Positions 8,876 through 18,519 of a stretch of DNA of 64,000 nucleotides are shown here, piece by piece. The notes below the pieces were generated by a model. The model did no database searches. It was not told where the DNA came from and worked only from the letters and a program-made list of their open reading frames with translations. Both the position numbers and the translations under genes were made by a program. Within the stretch, counting starts at the first letter, position 1. Every line of letters begins with the position of its first letter. The stretch spans positions 62,001 through 126,000 of IMG/VR virus record IMGVR_UViG_3300009011_000001, one strand, 5' to 3'.

Positions 8876-10375
8876 GTGGAAATAATCACCTATGACATCC
8901 ATGAGCCAAGGCTTCGATACGAAAATCGCACGGGTATTTATCCGTCGATCGTAGACTTCGACGACCTCTATAAGACACTTGAAGTCAAGCCGATTCTGGC
9001 GAACGACATCGATCTGTCTACGGAACAAGGGCGAGATCTTTTCACCCGTCTGGTCTATAGCCGTCACGATGGCGATATGTTCAGTAACGTTCCGTCCTGC
9101 GCCTGCGGGTTTACGACTCGTGGTAGCCGTATCAACACACTCTGTAAAGAATGTGGACAACCGGTACTGCCGCTGACCGAAATGCCCATCCAGCCGATCA
9201 TTTGGATCCGATGTCCTGACAAACTGCCAGGCTTCATGAACCTCATGATCTATCGTCACCTGAAACTCGAGTTTACAAAATCGGGCTTTAGCGCATTGGA
9301 TTACATCATCGATCCAAGCTATCGGGCTCCCAAAGCCGACAGTGACGAAGAAGCCGTGGTTGTAAATATCCTCGGCAACAGCCGCAATCGAGGGCTGAAG
9401 TATTTCCATGACAATTTCGATGACGTCATGGACGCGCTCTGTGCAAGTCGGTTCTACATCAAGACCGCACAGTCGCTGATCGTCAAGAAGTATTTGGCGA
9501 AGTTCAGGCATCTGGTGTTCTGCAAATACCTGCCCTTCCCATCGAAGGTTGGGTTCATCATTGAGAACGTGGGCGAGCGTACGTTTGCCGACCCTCGGAT
9601 GGCACCAGCAATCAGTGCTCTGATCTCGTTGTCCAACGCAGCTTTCGGCAAGAACCTCCCGCTGAAAGATCTGGAGAAGCGTGTCGGTCGTTCGATTGGT
9701 AAGCTTACCCAGTACTACATGGACAATGAAAGCAAGAACCTGTTCGACAAGTCCGGTATCTTCCGGAAGCTTGTCTACGGCACTGACCCGCATTTCAACG
9801 CCCGGACTGTAATTACACCGCTCCATCAGCCGCACAACCATGACTCTATTGAAACCCCTTGGGGTGTCAGTATTCTCATGCTGAAGCTGCACATCGCAAA
9901 CAAGCTACTCAAAGAGGACTACACGCCGAACGAAATCTCGACCCTGATCTACGACAACATCACCCGAACTCAGCCTAAGCTCGAATCGATCATCGATGAG
10001 CTGATTGCAGAAACACCAGGCGGTAAAGGTATCCCCGTAGGCTGGACGCGTTTCCCGGTATTGCTCAGGGGTAGTACGAGCCGTAAGTACATCACGGCAG
10101 TTAAACGTAACCCGACGCAGTTGTCGACCTCTACCAGTCCTCTGACGGTTAACGCCAGTAACGCCGACTTTGACGGTGACTACATGACGATTCAGATGGC
10201 TCTTGATGCCGTGGGCGCAGCAATGTACGACCGCTTGGCCGACCACACTGGCATCATGGATCTTAAGCATCCGTTTAAGATGAGTAACCATGCTGCGATT
10301 CCAGCACCAACGCTGACAACAATCAACGCACGGCTTGAGGAGGGTATTGCAATCTCTCGACCCGTGGAGGTATAA
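8876..10375 (+). CDS. Non-virion RNA polymerase beta'-like N-terminal/catalytic subunit (gp55-like)
   Basis: Zn finger CACG...CKEC and catalytic NADFDGD motif. Confidence 0.92.
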   Translation: MEIITYDIHEPRLRYENRTGIYPSIVDFDDLYKTLEVKPILANDIDLSTEQGRDLFTRLVYSRHDGDMFSNVPSCACGFTTRGSRINTLCKECGQPVLPLTEMPIQPIIWIRCPDKLPGFMNLMIYRHLKLEFTKSGFSALDYIIDPSYRAPKADSDEEAVVVNILGNSRNRGLKYFHDNFDDVMDALCASRFYIKTAQSLIVKKYLAKFRHLVFCKYLPFPSKVGFIIENVGERTFADPRMAPAISALISLSNAAFGKNLPLKDLEKRVGRSIGKLTQYYMDNESKNLFDKSGIFRKLVYGTDPHFNARTVITPLHQPHNHDSIETPWGVSILMLKLHIANKLLKEDYTPNEISTLIYDNITRTQPKLESIIDELIAETPGGKGIPVGWTRFPVLLRGSTSRKYITAVKRNPTQLSTSTSPLTVNASNADFDGDYMTIQMALDAVGAAMYDRLADHTGIMDLKHPFKMSNHAAIPAPTLTTINARLEEGIAISRPVEV

Positions 10376-10996
10376 ATGGCCCGCTTAGTAGACTGTGACG
10401 AAGATGTCATGCACGCCCGAACGCATGGCATTATGAGTACGTCGGACCTGAGCTTCTTCAGAGATCGTGCTGAACGATCGATGCGGGAGATCGGGCACTT
10501 CAGATCAGCCTATGCGCAAGAATCCTTCGATGCGATCGCATCGTTTGACCTTGCAGGCTTGCGTGATCGTGTAGAAGCCACCAACACTCGTTATGAGCAT
10601 CGGTGGTATCGCAACGTCGTCCAAGAACTGGATGACCTTATCGCTATCCGCAATGCTTCAGCAATCAACCGCCGGTACATCATGTCGGATCCTCGGATTC
10701 GTCGCCTGCATCAATTGGGGCGTACTGACGGTTATGGCGATCTGTATAACGACGAAGATCCTTGGGCAACCGCTCTGGAACATCAAGCTAACCGTGAGAT
10801 CATCACGGGAGGCTACGTTGAGGAAATCGAAGAAAAAGATACCTGGCGCATGTGCATGGGAACCACTGATGAAAATGGTGACCAGATCGCAAGCTTCCGC
10901 CAGCGTGAAATCGTGCGCGAGAACCGCCGCAAGGTTCACGGCCTCCTCGATCTGGGCGGACTTGATCCACTCAGCCCTCTTGGCAAGACGCTGTAA
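10376..10996 (+). CDS. Conserved phiKZ-like protein (possibly gp59/Imp3-like)
   Basis: 206 aa, GGAGG RBS, directly after the nvRNAP gene; the gp59 assignment rests on synteny only. Confidence 0.6.
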   Translation: MARLVDCDEDVMHARTHGIMSTSDLSFFRDRAERSMREIGHFRSAYAQESFDAIASFDLAGLRDRVEATNTRYEHRWYRNVVQELDDLIAIRNASAINRRYIMSDPRIRRLHQLGRTDGYGDLYNDEDPWATALEHQANREIITGGYVEEIEEKDTWRMCMGTTDENGDQIASFRQREIVRENRRKVHGLLDLGGLDPLSPLGKTL

Positions 10997-11023
10997 TTCT
11001 CTAGCCCTAGAGAACCACCATTA

Positions 11024-11058
11024 AACATAGGGCCGGCCTTCGGGTCGGCTTTATGCCC
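11024..11058 (+). terminator. CATA-hairpin(TTCG)-TATG element
   Basis: catagggccggcc-ttcg-ggtcggctttatg. Confidence 0.75.
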
Positions 11059-11080
11059 TTCAATCCCTGGAACCCCGTAA

Positions 11081-11290
11081 ATGCCACAATACCAAGGCGG
11101 TCAAGAAGTTTTCGCAGCAGTCGACATTTACCTGACAGAACGAGATGGAACTCAAACCAACCACGTCCTCGCCCGCCAAGGTGAGCGGATGGTGGTGCGT
11201 TGCGCAAGTCCGCTCGAAGTATCTTCCTATTCTAATCCGCTGCTCGCATTCGACGTAGCGCCAAACCAAATTACCGACCGGGAGTTTTAA
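11081..11290 (+). CDS. Small hypothetical protein
   Basis: 69 aa; abuts the next ATG. Confidence 0.55.
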   Translation: MPQYQGGQEVFAAVDIYLTERDGTQTNHVLARQGERMVVRCASPLEVSSYSNPLLAFDVAPNQITDREF

Positions 11291-11881
11291 ATGGATCGTG
11301 CACAAATCGAATCACTGGCTAAGCTTTCAGGTTTCAGCGATCTCGGCAAATGCGAGTTCGAACAGATTCGTAACGGGTATTGGCCATCGCATCCGGATTA
11401 CGATCAGATGCGAGAACTCCACCCTTGGTGGCGCATCACTACGGAGTTCGGCACTGTTGTAGTTGGTCGCCGTAAAAAGGTTTTTGAAATCAACTGGAAT
11501 GAAACCAGTCGGCGCGGTATCGTTACTGACGATGACGTTACCAAAGATAACACCATGGTGCACGCGTGGAGTATCGGCGATGCCGTTAACTACATGCGAA
11601 AAATCCTCACCCTTCCAATTGTTGACGTCACCCTTCCAGATTTCAAAGAATACGATTGCACCAAGTTTGAAGACATCAACATGATCATCCGTCGTTTCAG
11701 CGACACCACGACGATTGAGTTCAGGCTGATGATCGCCTTGTTGGACACCTACCATAACCAGCCATCTCCGCCACCGATCAGCTTGTCCATCGCCAGCAAG
11801 AATGGCGTGAAGGTGAAAGATCGGTTTGTTCTCCATGTTGGCGATCTTCGCATCGAATGGATGACCAAACGAAATGTCTAA
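11291..11881 (+). CDS. Hypothetical phage protein
   Basis: 196 aa; GGAG RBS; aromatic-rich HPWWRITTEFG...GRRKKVFEINW segment. Confidence 0.75.
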   Translation: MDRAQIESLAKLSGFSDLGKCEFEQIRNGYWPSHPDYDQMRELHPWWRITTEFGTVVVGRRKKVFEINWNETSRRGIVTDDDVTKDNTMVHAWSIGDAVNYMRKILTLPIVDVTLPDFKEYDCTKFEDINMIIRRFSDTTTIEFRLMIALLDTYHNQPSPPPISLSIASKNGVKVKDRFVLHVGDLRIEWMTKRNV

Positions 11882-12077
11882 GCCCTATGTAGCAATTACC
11901 GCGAAAGAAGGCGTTGGGACAGAAAAGCTCTCCGTTGACGACTGGGTCGTTGAAGTCAAATATGCTAAACCGGGGATGCAAGGATCCCAGCACTTTATTC
12001 CAAAAGCACGAACGCCGTCCCCCGATAGCGTTGTCTACCAGATCGATACAGAAGCATTAAAGCTCAAGTCCGCCTGA
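11874..12077 (+). CDS. Small hypothetical protein
   Basis: 67 aa overlapping the previous stop, followed by a terminator. Confidence 0.6.
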   Translation: MSKPYVAITAKEGVGTEKLSVDDWVVEVKYAKPGMQGSQHFIPKARTPSPDSVVYQIDTEALKLKSA

Positions 12078-12095
12078 TAAGCCAGTCGTGTAATC

Positions 12096-12138
12096 GCAGG
12101 AGCCTTCGGGCTCCTGCTACCCGCCTTCTTTTTTTTTT
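12096..12138 (+). terminator. Intrinsic terminator
   Basis: gcaggagcc-ttcg-ggctcctgc followed by a long T run. Confidence 0.8.
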
Positions 12139-12177
12139 GCCTATTAGATGTCTTCTACCACCTCTTGAGAAACGATC

Positions 12178-12603
12178 ATGGCTAAGAAAGTCGCTACCTT
12201 GGGAATGGAAGGATTCCTTGAGGACATCAACCTCAAAATCGACTACCTCATGTGCTGCTACTTTTACACCAAGTTCAAGCAGACCACTCTGTACAGAGGC
12301 AGGCTCGTTTCTTTGTCTAAGACCCTGCAGATGAATGGCCATGATGCGATCGATGCCAAGAACGCCATACAGGCCGACTTGCAAGGATTTCTCGAGAAGT
12401 TCTTCACGACCACACAAGTTGAAGTGCTGAACCTGACCAAAGATAGTGACCCGGGTATTAACTTACAGATCGATGCAATAGTAAGTGAGCAAGGGTCCGT
12501 CGAAGGTAACTCCGTTAGCGTCGGCTACTCAGTCTTCAGCAAAAACTCAATGCTCAAGCAGCTCGTGAACAGATCAAATGGCACGACCATTTACAGTGCC
12601 TAA
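12178..12603 (+). CDS. Conserved phiKZ-like protein (gp62-like, probable virion protein)
   Basis: 141 aa; syntenic position upstream of sbcD. Confidence 0.65.
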   Translation: MAKKVATLGMEGFLEDINLKIDYLMCCYFYTKFKQTTLYRGRLVSLSKTLQMNGHDAIDAKNAIQADLQGFLEKFFTTTQVEVLNLTKDSDPGINLQIDAIVSEQGSVEGNSVSVGYSVFSKNSMLKQLVNRSNGTTIYSA

Positions 12604-12626
12604 CTCCCATGTCGAAGGAATAATCG

Positions 12627-13253
12627 ATGTCGACCGCAGACCAAGCTACTCCCGCACCGTTCGTAATGCCGACTACTCGCGAAGGCTTCAAAGCCCTGTT
12701 CGCCGAATTGTTCAGCGAAACCATGTCCAACCCGGCTAACGCCAACCTGCTGGCCAAGACCCTGTTCGCCGCTACCCACAACGCACTGCTCGGCGCCATC
12801 GACAAAGACTTCCGTCAGGACAACAAGCCGGTCATCGTGAAGCAGGAATACCCGGACTCGTGGCGCTGCACCGTCGTCGGTGGTCAGGGCGGCACTCTGA
12901 CTGTGACCGTTGAAGAAAAGAACGCCGCCGGCGAGTGGGCCAAGGCCGACATCTCCGAAGCTCTGGAAGCCAAGACCGCCGGCCTGGTGCTGTCGCAAAC
13001 CGCAGCTCCTGGCGACATCTTCTACCTGACCACTTCCGCCAAAATCGAAGCGGCCCGCGACAGCTTCGTTGACCAGTATCTGGCCGATGCAGAGAAAGAA
13101 CGCGACCAGCGCGGTTCCGATGCCATGCGCCAAGCCGTAGGTGCTGACCTTACCGGCGGTGAAGCAGCCCCGGTTGAAACTCGCGAAGTTCCTCGCGACG
13201 ACCTGTCGCAGAACGGCGTAGTCGTGACCCAAACGGTCGCCAAGACCGAATAA
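12627..13253 (+). CDS. Hypothetical protein, likely highly expressed
   Basis: 208 aa; strong codon bias; AAGGA RBS. Confidence 0.8.
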   Translation: MSTADQATPAPFVMPTTREGFKALFAELFSETMSNPANANLLAKTLFAATHNALLGAIDKDFRQDNKPVIVKQEYPDSWRCTVVGGQGGTLTVTVEEKNAAGEWAKADISEALEAKTAGLVLSQTAAPGDIFYLTTSAKIEAARDSFVDQYLADAEKERDQRGSDAMRQAVGADLTGGEAAPVETREVPRDDLSQNGVVVTQTVAKTE

Positions 13254-13261
13254 GTCCACAC

Positions 13262-13304
13262 GGCATACGGAGCAGGCTCGCGCCTGCTCCGTTTCCTTTA
13301 TTTC
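13262..13304 (+). terminator. CATA-hairpin terminator
   Basis: ggcat-acggagcaggc-tcgc-gcctgctccgt followed by a T-rich tail. Confidence 0.75.
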
Positions 13305-13320
13305 ACTTGAGGTTCAGAAC

Positions 13321-13944
13321 ATGACTGATGACCGCGATTTGAGTCACCTCAGCGCTGCCACCCGCGCTGGCTTGGCTGACTGGGATGATGCTGCTAACAG
13401 CATCCTGGAAATGTCCAAGGCGATGATTCGCCGTGTACCGGAAGCCTACTTCGTTCACAAGCTTCTGCCGATCATCCGTAACTGGGTACAGGGTCTGCCT
13501 GCGGAAGTAGGTCAGTGGATGAACGTGGCTGACGGCATGGAGAACGAGATCATCGTTGTCGATGAAAAGAACGTCGAACTCTTCATCTGCCCACCTCCTT
13601 TCATCGGTATTCCGCCACGCGCGCATTTCAGCGCCAAGAACCGTGATTCGGCTCACGCCATTGTTCACGCTCAAGGCCTGATGTACGACGCCGGTGAGAT
13701 CCGTAAAGCTAACGCCATTGACGAATCCCTCTTCGAAATGGTGGTCGATAAACCTGACGTCGCCATCAAAACGGCCGCGTTGGACAAGATGATCGCTATC
13801 TGGCAACGTTATGAATTACCGTTGCAGGAACTACTAGGGGCGCACACTGACGAGATCATGGCAGCTCGCGGCGCACCCAGCAATGTAGCAGCGAAAGATC
13901 AGGCGCCAACCAATGACGACCAAAACGAAACCATTAGCTACTGA
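13321..13944 (+). CDS. Conserved hypothetical protein
   Basis: 207 aa; GAGG RBS. Confidence 0.8.
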   Translation: MTDDRDLSHLSAATRAGLADWDDAANSILEMSKAMIRRVPEAYFVHKLLPIIRNWVQGLPAEVGQWMNVADGMENEIIVVDEKNVELFICPPPFIGIPPRAHFSAKNRDSAHAIVHAQGLMYDAGEIRKANAIDESLFEMVVDKPDVAIKTAALDKMIAIWQRYELPLQELLGAHTDEIMAARGAPSNVAAKDQAPTNDDQNETISY

Positions 13945-15034
13945 CGCCGTCAGGATTGCCTGGATAAGCGATGTGCATCTCGCGCATCGCCGCGTCAAGA
14001 TCAAGAAGCAGCTCGATTATCTGCGCCGTCGCTTTAATAGAAAGACGATGCACAAATATCGAGCCATCGTTTGTTCAGGCGATTTGTTCGATAAGCGCAT
14101 CCCTCACGACAGCGAAGAAGCTATTCAGATCTCCATCTGGATGACTGAGCTGTGTGAGCTGGCAAAAGAGTTCAATGTCTCTCTTGTCTTCCTTCTGGGC
14201 ACCCCTAGTCACGATCAGGGCCAGCCTCGTTGGATCGTTATCATCAACGAAGAGATTGCGAAGATCGGTGCGGACGTTCGGTATTACGACAAAGTCACTG
14301 TCGACAAGTTGTACCCGGATGGCCCAAATGCGTTGTTCATTCCGGATGAGGTCAATCATTCGTCTGACCTGACGTATAAGGAAGCAGTAGAAGCAATCAA
14401 GATGGCCGGTCTTGATAAAGTGGAGATTGCCGTCATGCACGGTATGTTCCACTATCAGGAACCGATTCGCACGGTGGTGAGTCATAGCGAAGAAAAGTAC
14501 CATGAGATCGTTAAGCACCTGATCATCATTGGCCACCACCACACGCACACCAAGTTTGGGATCATTCGTGTACCGGGCTCTATGGAGCGCCTGAGACACA
14601 ATGAAGAGGAAGATAAGGGTCACTTTGAAACTGTCTACTCTCCGACCGAAGGTGTGTTAGAAGAAGAGTTTATTGTCAACACAGACGCCGAGATCTTTGC
14701 CACTATCAATATAGAAGGCTGGCCTCTGGATCAAGTCTATGCGCATCTTAACAGCCTTAGTCACTATCCGGATGGTAGCAGGCTACGTTTAGCGATGAGT
14801 CGTCATGATGAGGCTTATACGGCGTTGCCTGGCATTAAGAACCGGTTCCCACACTTCAGCATCGAATCCAAAAACATCGAAGTGGAGAAGCAGATAAAAG
14901 AGACGGCGGATTTAATCGACCGTCCAGTCATGACCTCCATCAGACCCGACACCCTAAAGTCTCTTGTCATGCCAAGGATCACCGGCGATGCTGAGGTTCT
15001 GAAGGTTGTCGAAGCCATTTTGGATGAAGAATAA
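13913..15034 (+). CDS. sbcD: SbcD/Mre11-like metallophosphoesterase nuclease (gp65-like)
   Basis: SDVH, GDLFD, GTPSHD, MHG and GHHH motifs. Confidence 0.88.
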   Translation: MTTKTKPLATDAVRIAWISDVHLAHRRVKIKKQLDYLRRRFNRKTMHKYRAIVCSGDLFDKRIPHDSEEAIQISIWMTELCELAKEFNVSLVFLLGTPSHDQGQPRWIVIINEEIAKIGADVRYYDKVTVDKLYPDGPNALFIPDEVNHSSDLTYKEAVEAIKMAGLDKVEIAVMHGMFHYQEPIRTVVSHSEEKYHEIVKHLIIIGHHHTHTKFGIIRVPGSMERLRHNEEEDKGHFETVYSPTEGVLEEEFIVNTDAEIFATINIEGWPLDQVYAHLNSLSHYPDGSRLRLAMSRHDEAYTALPGIKNRFPHFSIESKNIEVEKQIKETADLIDRPVMTSIRPDTLKSLVMPRITGDAEVLKVVEAILDEE

Positions 15035-15048
15035 CCAAGGAGCACAAG

Positions 15049-15909
15049 ATGTCTGCTGCTCAAGACAGATCACGAGAAGTTATATCGCTCCGCGCAGTAG
15101 GACAGTTCCCACTGTCCATTGCAACGAGCCTAGCGTTTGAATCGGCTGTGGGGATCCTTCCTGAGGCCCCAGCGCCTGAGCCAGAGATCCAAAAGCGTGA
15201 TCTGATTATGGTCAATGTCAGGACGTTGATCCGTAACCTCTTGGGCTCCATTGCGAAAGAAGACAAGCCCCACCTGGAGAACTATACGCTGGCCGAAGCA
15301 ATCGTCAGCGAAATGAAGGTAATGGAGCAACTGGCAGTAGAACACTCGAATGGACAGTGCAGCGTTGAGTTCTATTCCTGCACCTACAGCGATGTTCAGC
15401 TGAAGTTCTCCAGGGCTTTGATTAAAGTGCCTACAACGCCGCTACAGGTGGCTTACATGGGTATTGAAAAGGATATCATCAAGTACCTCAAGGAAGATTT
15501 CAAAACGGCACCACCGATCGAAGACTACACCCGAGAATTTAAAGATCGTCAGAGCGATGCTTTGATTATTACGCACTTTGCAATTGATCTGTTGCAGCGT
15601 TATCGGTTCAACTCTTTGTCTCTGCTGGAATCCCACACCGGGGCTATCAAACCTCCATTGCTGTGGAATACCAAGCTGCATGATGGCCGTGAGTTCGAGA
15701 TTCTGCCATTTGACAGAATGACGCTGCAGATGTTTGGCGACGGTGTGATCTTCGCACCTATGCCGATCAAGATTCGTCAACGACTGTATTCGATCGCTGT
15801 GAAACAACAATGGACTCCGGCTTCTACAAAGGACTGGATCATTAAAGGCGTCGAGGCACATCGTGACCCAGCACTTGAGGTATTGGTCAAGGATCTCTAC
15901 CGTAAGTAG
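15049..15909 (+). CDS. Conserved phiKZ-like protein (gp66-like)
   Basis: 286 aa; AAGGAG RBS; syntenic position. Confidence 0.75.
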   Translation: MSAAQDRSREVISLRAVGQFPLSIATSLAFESAVGILPEAPAPEPEIQKRDLIMVNVRTLIRNLLGSIAKEDKPHLENYTLAEAIVSEMKVMEQLAVEHSNGQCSVEFYSCTYSDVQLKFSRALIKVPTTPLQVAYMGIEKDIIKYLKEDFKTAPPIEDYTREFKDRQSDALIITHFAIDLLQRYRFNSLSLLESHTGAIKPPLLWNTKLHDGREFEILPFDRMTLQMFGDGVIFAPMPIKIRQRLYSIAVKQQWTPASTKDWIIKGVEAHRDPALEVLVKDLYRK

Positions 15910-15968
15910 CCGTAAGTAGTTACATCAAGCGTATATTTATTGAATAACTCAACCGCAGGTGGCATCAA

Positions 15969-16754
15969 ATGTCGGACCAAAAACAAGGCTGGACTCCCAC
16001 GGTAATGGATGAGCGAAAGCTCAAACTCCACGGCGAACATGCTCTGGTGGAGGGCGGGTTCAAACCTGAGTTCGCCATCAAGTGGATTCAGAAAACCAAC
16101 GCCTTCTCCATCAAGGTCAACACCGGCACCAAGACCGAGAAAGGTTATCCGATCGTTATCGAGACCGCCATCGACTGCCTGTCGTTGATGGAACTGATGG
16201 AACTGATCGACACCATCTCCAAAGCGCCGGGCGCCGTGTCCTTCGAAATGGACAACTGGGGCCAGCCGTTCATCTACAGCAAGGAGCAGGGCAAGTCCAT
16301 CCGCAGTCCGGACATCCTGAACGTTTCTCGCTTCCAGATCGCCAAGCGCGAAGACGGCTCCATGGTTCTGTCCGTGGCCGCCAAGGGCAAGAAAGAACTC
16401 GAGTTCGAATTCAAGGGCAGCGACTTCCACCGTATCCAGAAACAGGGCGAAGCGAACAAGGCCATGGCCTCGCGTATCGCAGCTCAGACCTGGGCCGGCT
16501 TCTGGAAGAAGTTTGCTTTCGAGAAGTACACCAAGGACTGGGCAGAAACCGAGTACGACAAGAACAAGCGTATCGAGCGCATGAACAAAGCCAACAACAA
16601 TGGCGGCGGTCAGCGTAACTACAACAGCAATAGCGGTGGTGGCAGCAATAACAACTACCAGCAGCGTCCTCAGCAACAAGCTCCTCAGCAAAGTGCTCCT
16701 GCACCGGCGTCGCAGCCATTCGAAGACAGCTTCGATGACGACGTTCCGTTCTAA
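15969..16754 (+). CDS. chmC: ChmC-like nucleus-associated single-stranded nucleic-acid/RNA-binding protein (gp67-like)
   Basis: Globular N-terminus, N/G/Q-rich disordered C-terminus, SSB-like tip DSFDDDVPF; lies immediately upstream of the gp68 and picA homologues. Confidence 0.7.
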   Translation: MSDQKQGWTPTVMDERKLKLHGEHALVEGGFKPEFAIKWIQKTNAFSIKVNTGTKTEKGYPIVIETAIDCLSLMELMELIDTISKAPGAVSFEMDNWGQPFIYSKEQGKSIRSPDILNVSRFQIAKREDGSMVLSVAAKGKKELEFEFKGSDFHRIQKQGEANKAMASRIAAQTWAGFWKKFAFEKYTKDWAETEYDKNKRIERMNKANNNGGGQRNYNSNSGGGSNNNYQQRPQQQAPQQSAPAPASQPFEDSFDDDVPF

Positions 16755-16776
16755 AGCCCTGCCTTTCTAGGCAAGC

Positions 16777-16830
16777 AACATACAGAAACCCTCAATCGCA
16801 AAACGCTGCGATTGAGGGACTTTATGCCGC
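16777..16830 (+). terminator. CATA-hairpin-TATG element
   Basis: ccctcaatcgca...tgcgattgaggg flanked by cata and tatg. Confidence 0.7.
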
Positions 16831-16869
16831 GAAGGTATGTTCTCACTGGATCATACTTCTTTATGATCC

Positions 16870-16884
16870 TACATTACTAGGGTG
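16870..16884 (+). promoter_or_regulatory. Putative early promoter TACATTAC-N5-TG
   Basis: TACATTACtagggTG about 30 nt upstream of the gp68-like start. Confidence 0.7.
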
Positions 16885-16912
16885 TAGCAGTCCACCGCCA
16901 CTGGAGTGAATA

Positions 16913-18493
16913 ATGGAGTTAAGAATTGCAACTTACACAGTTCGAAGCTTTTCGATTGTGGAAGCGAGGCATGGGGATGAGCCGGAACTTGTGTTCAATA
17001 CGGCAGGCTACACATCCACAAAGCCCGGCGCAATTAAGCGTGACGACGACAGCGAACTCGGCACCAAGATCGAGCTCTTTGAAGAAATCAACGCCCTGAT
17101 TGCAAGCCTTGATCAGAAATCGCAGGACGCATTGTTCGAGGAGTACGCTCGTCTGGACAGTACGTTGACCAGTTTCCATGTTATCGGATCGACTGGCATC
17201 TCTGCGATGAAACAACTGAAAGAAAACCTGTCGGCGATCATCAAAGCGATCTACGACATCATTCCTTTCAGCGCTTTCCGCGACTACATCGTTAACAGCC
17301 CGCACATTCGACTGCCCATCGAGTTGGCGGACACCTACGTCACCACAGACAAAGTAACACCGCTGTATAAAGAGCGGACTTACCTTCGCCCTGAGTACAT
17401 CGATCTCAATGCGTATGCATTGGCTCTGCGGCTGATGATCCCAATCTGGGGCGGCTATCTCCCGATCGCCGAAACCGAGCATGGGAAGATGAAAGAGTAC
17501 GACGCGTTCAAGCTGCTCTACGGTTCTGCCTTAATGAAGACGCCGGTGTTCGATCGGTTGGAGCGTTATCTGGCAGCAAACCTCGACGCAAGCAAGTACG
17601 AGTTGTCGGTGGTCTCGAAGTTCTTGTCGGCAGACGAAGTCCCAGGGTTCCTTGCAGCGTTTGCATTGATCCGGAAAGTCAGCGTCGCGCCATTGTCGGC
17701 TGTGTCTGATAAAGACCACCTGATGAAGATCATCTATAACTACGTTATCGGTGACAAGAACCGCATCCCTCCAGCGTTCGCGAGCAACATCCGCGATAAG
17801 AAACCTGACGACTCCTCGTCTGAAGGTAACGAAAGCGTCTGGGGTATCTTCAAGATGAAAGCAAAGATCTCCACCGGGGACTTGTGCATCATTGAAGAAT
17901 ACATCGAGAAGTACACCCGAGCCGCCAAGAAGATTGCGCCGACTCTGTCCGATGAACGAATCGAGCTGTGTGTTCAGAACGCTCTGACTCTGCACGACTT
18001 CGATCCGACCTACGGCCAAGAGTGGCTGGTGATGCAAGTGTGTTCTACGATCATCGTGGGTACAGCCATCGAGTTGATGGATCGCACACCTGGGCTTATT
18101 GCAGCAGGTATTGTTCAAGCGGTATTGTGGGAATGGGAACTGCCGCAACTGGCTATTCTGACCACGGCCCGTATCGCCAAACTTAAAGAAGGAGAAATCA
18201 TTCAACCGATGCGGCGCTTACCCATTGCGCCTGCTTTGCTAGAACAGTTTGATGTGATCTACCCGTACCGGACGCCCGAGCCGAAACGTGGCGATCCGAT
18301 CCAGTCAACCAACACCGGTGTCATCGATGTTGAGAAGCATGCCGCACACTTCTATCGCCACGACTGGGTTCCGCAATGCCCGACTGAACTTGCCAAGAGC
18401 TACTATCGTTCCGACAAGACCCGACGGATCGAAGTCACCGGTGACCTTAACAGTCAGCTTGGTGAAATGCTGGTCAAGATCAACAACTTCTAA
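16913..18493 (+). CDS. nvRNAP promoter-specificity (sigma-like) subunit, gp68-like
   Basis: 526 aa; size and position between chmC and picA. Confidence 0.75.
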   Translation: MELRIATYTVRSFSIVEARHGDEPELVFNTAGYTSTKPGAIKRDDDSELGTKIELFEEINALIASLDQKSQDALFEEYARLDSTLTSFHVIGSTGISAMKQLKENLSAIIKAIYDIIPFSAFRDYIVNSPHIRLPIELADTYVTTDKVTPLYKERTYLRPEYIDLNAYALALRLMIPIWGGYLPIAETEHGKMKEYDAFKLLYGSALMKTPVFDRLERYLAANLDASKYELSVVSKFLSADEVPGFLAAFALIRKVSVAPLSAVSDKDHLMKIIYNYVIGDKNRIPPAFASNIRDKKPDDSSSEGNESVWGIFKMKAKISTGDLCIIEEYIEKYTRAAKKIAPTLSDERIELCVQNALTLHDFDPTYGQEWLVMQVCSTIIVGTAIELMDRTPGLIAAGIVQAVLWEWELPQLAILTTARIAKLKEGEIIQPMRRLPIAPALLEQFDVIYPYRTPEPKRGDPIQSTNTGVIDVEKHAAHFYRHDWVPQCPTELAKSYYRSDKTRRIEVTGDLNSQLGEMLVKINNF

Positions 18494-18519
18494 TTCCGCT
18501 AACGCCCTGAGGAATAATC

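Noticed and set aside
12128-12138. Other long T runs (also near 28335 and 57427) as slippage sites
   Set aside because: Intergenic and directly after hairpins, so explained as terminator U-tracts
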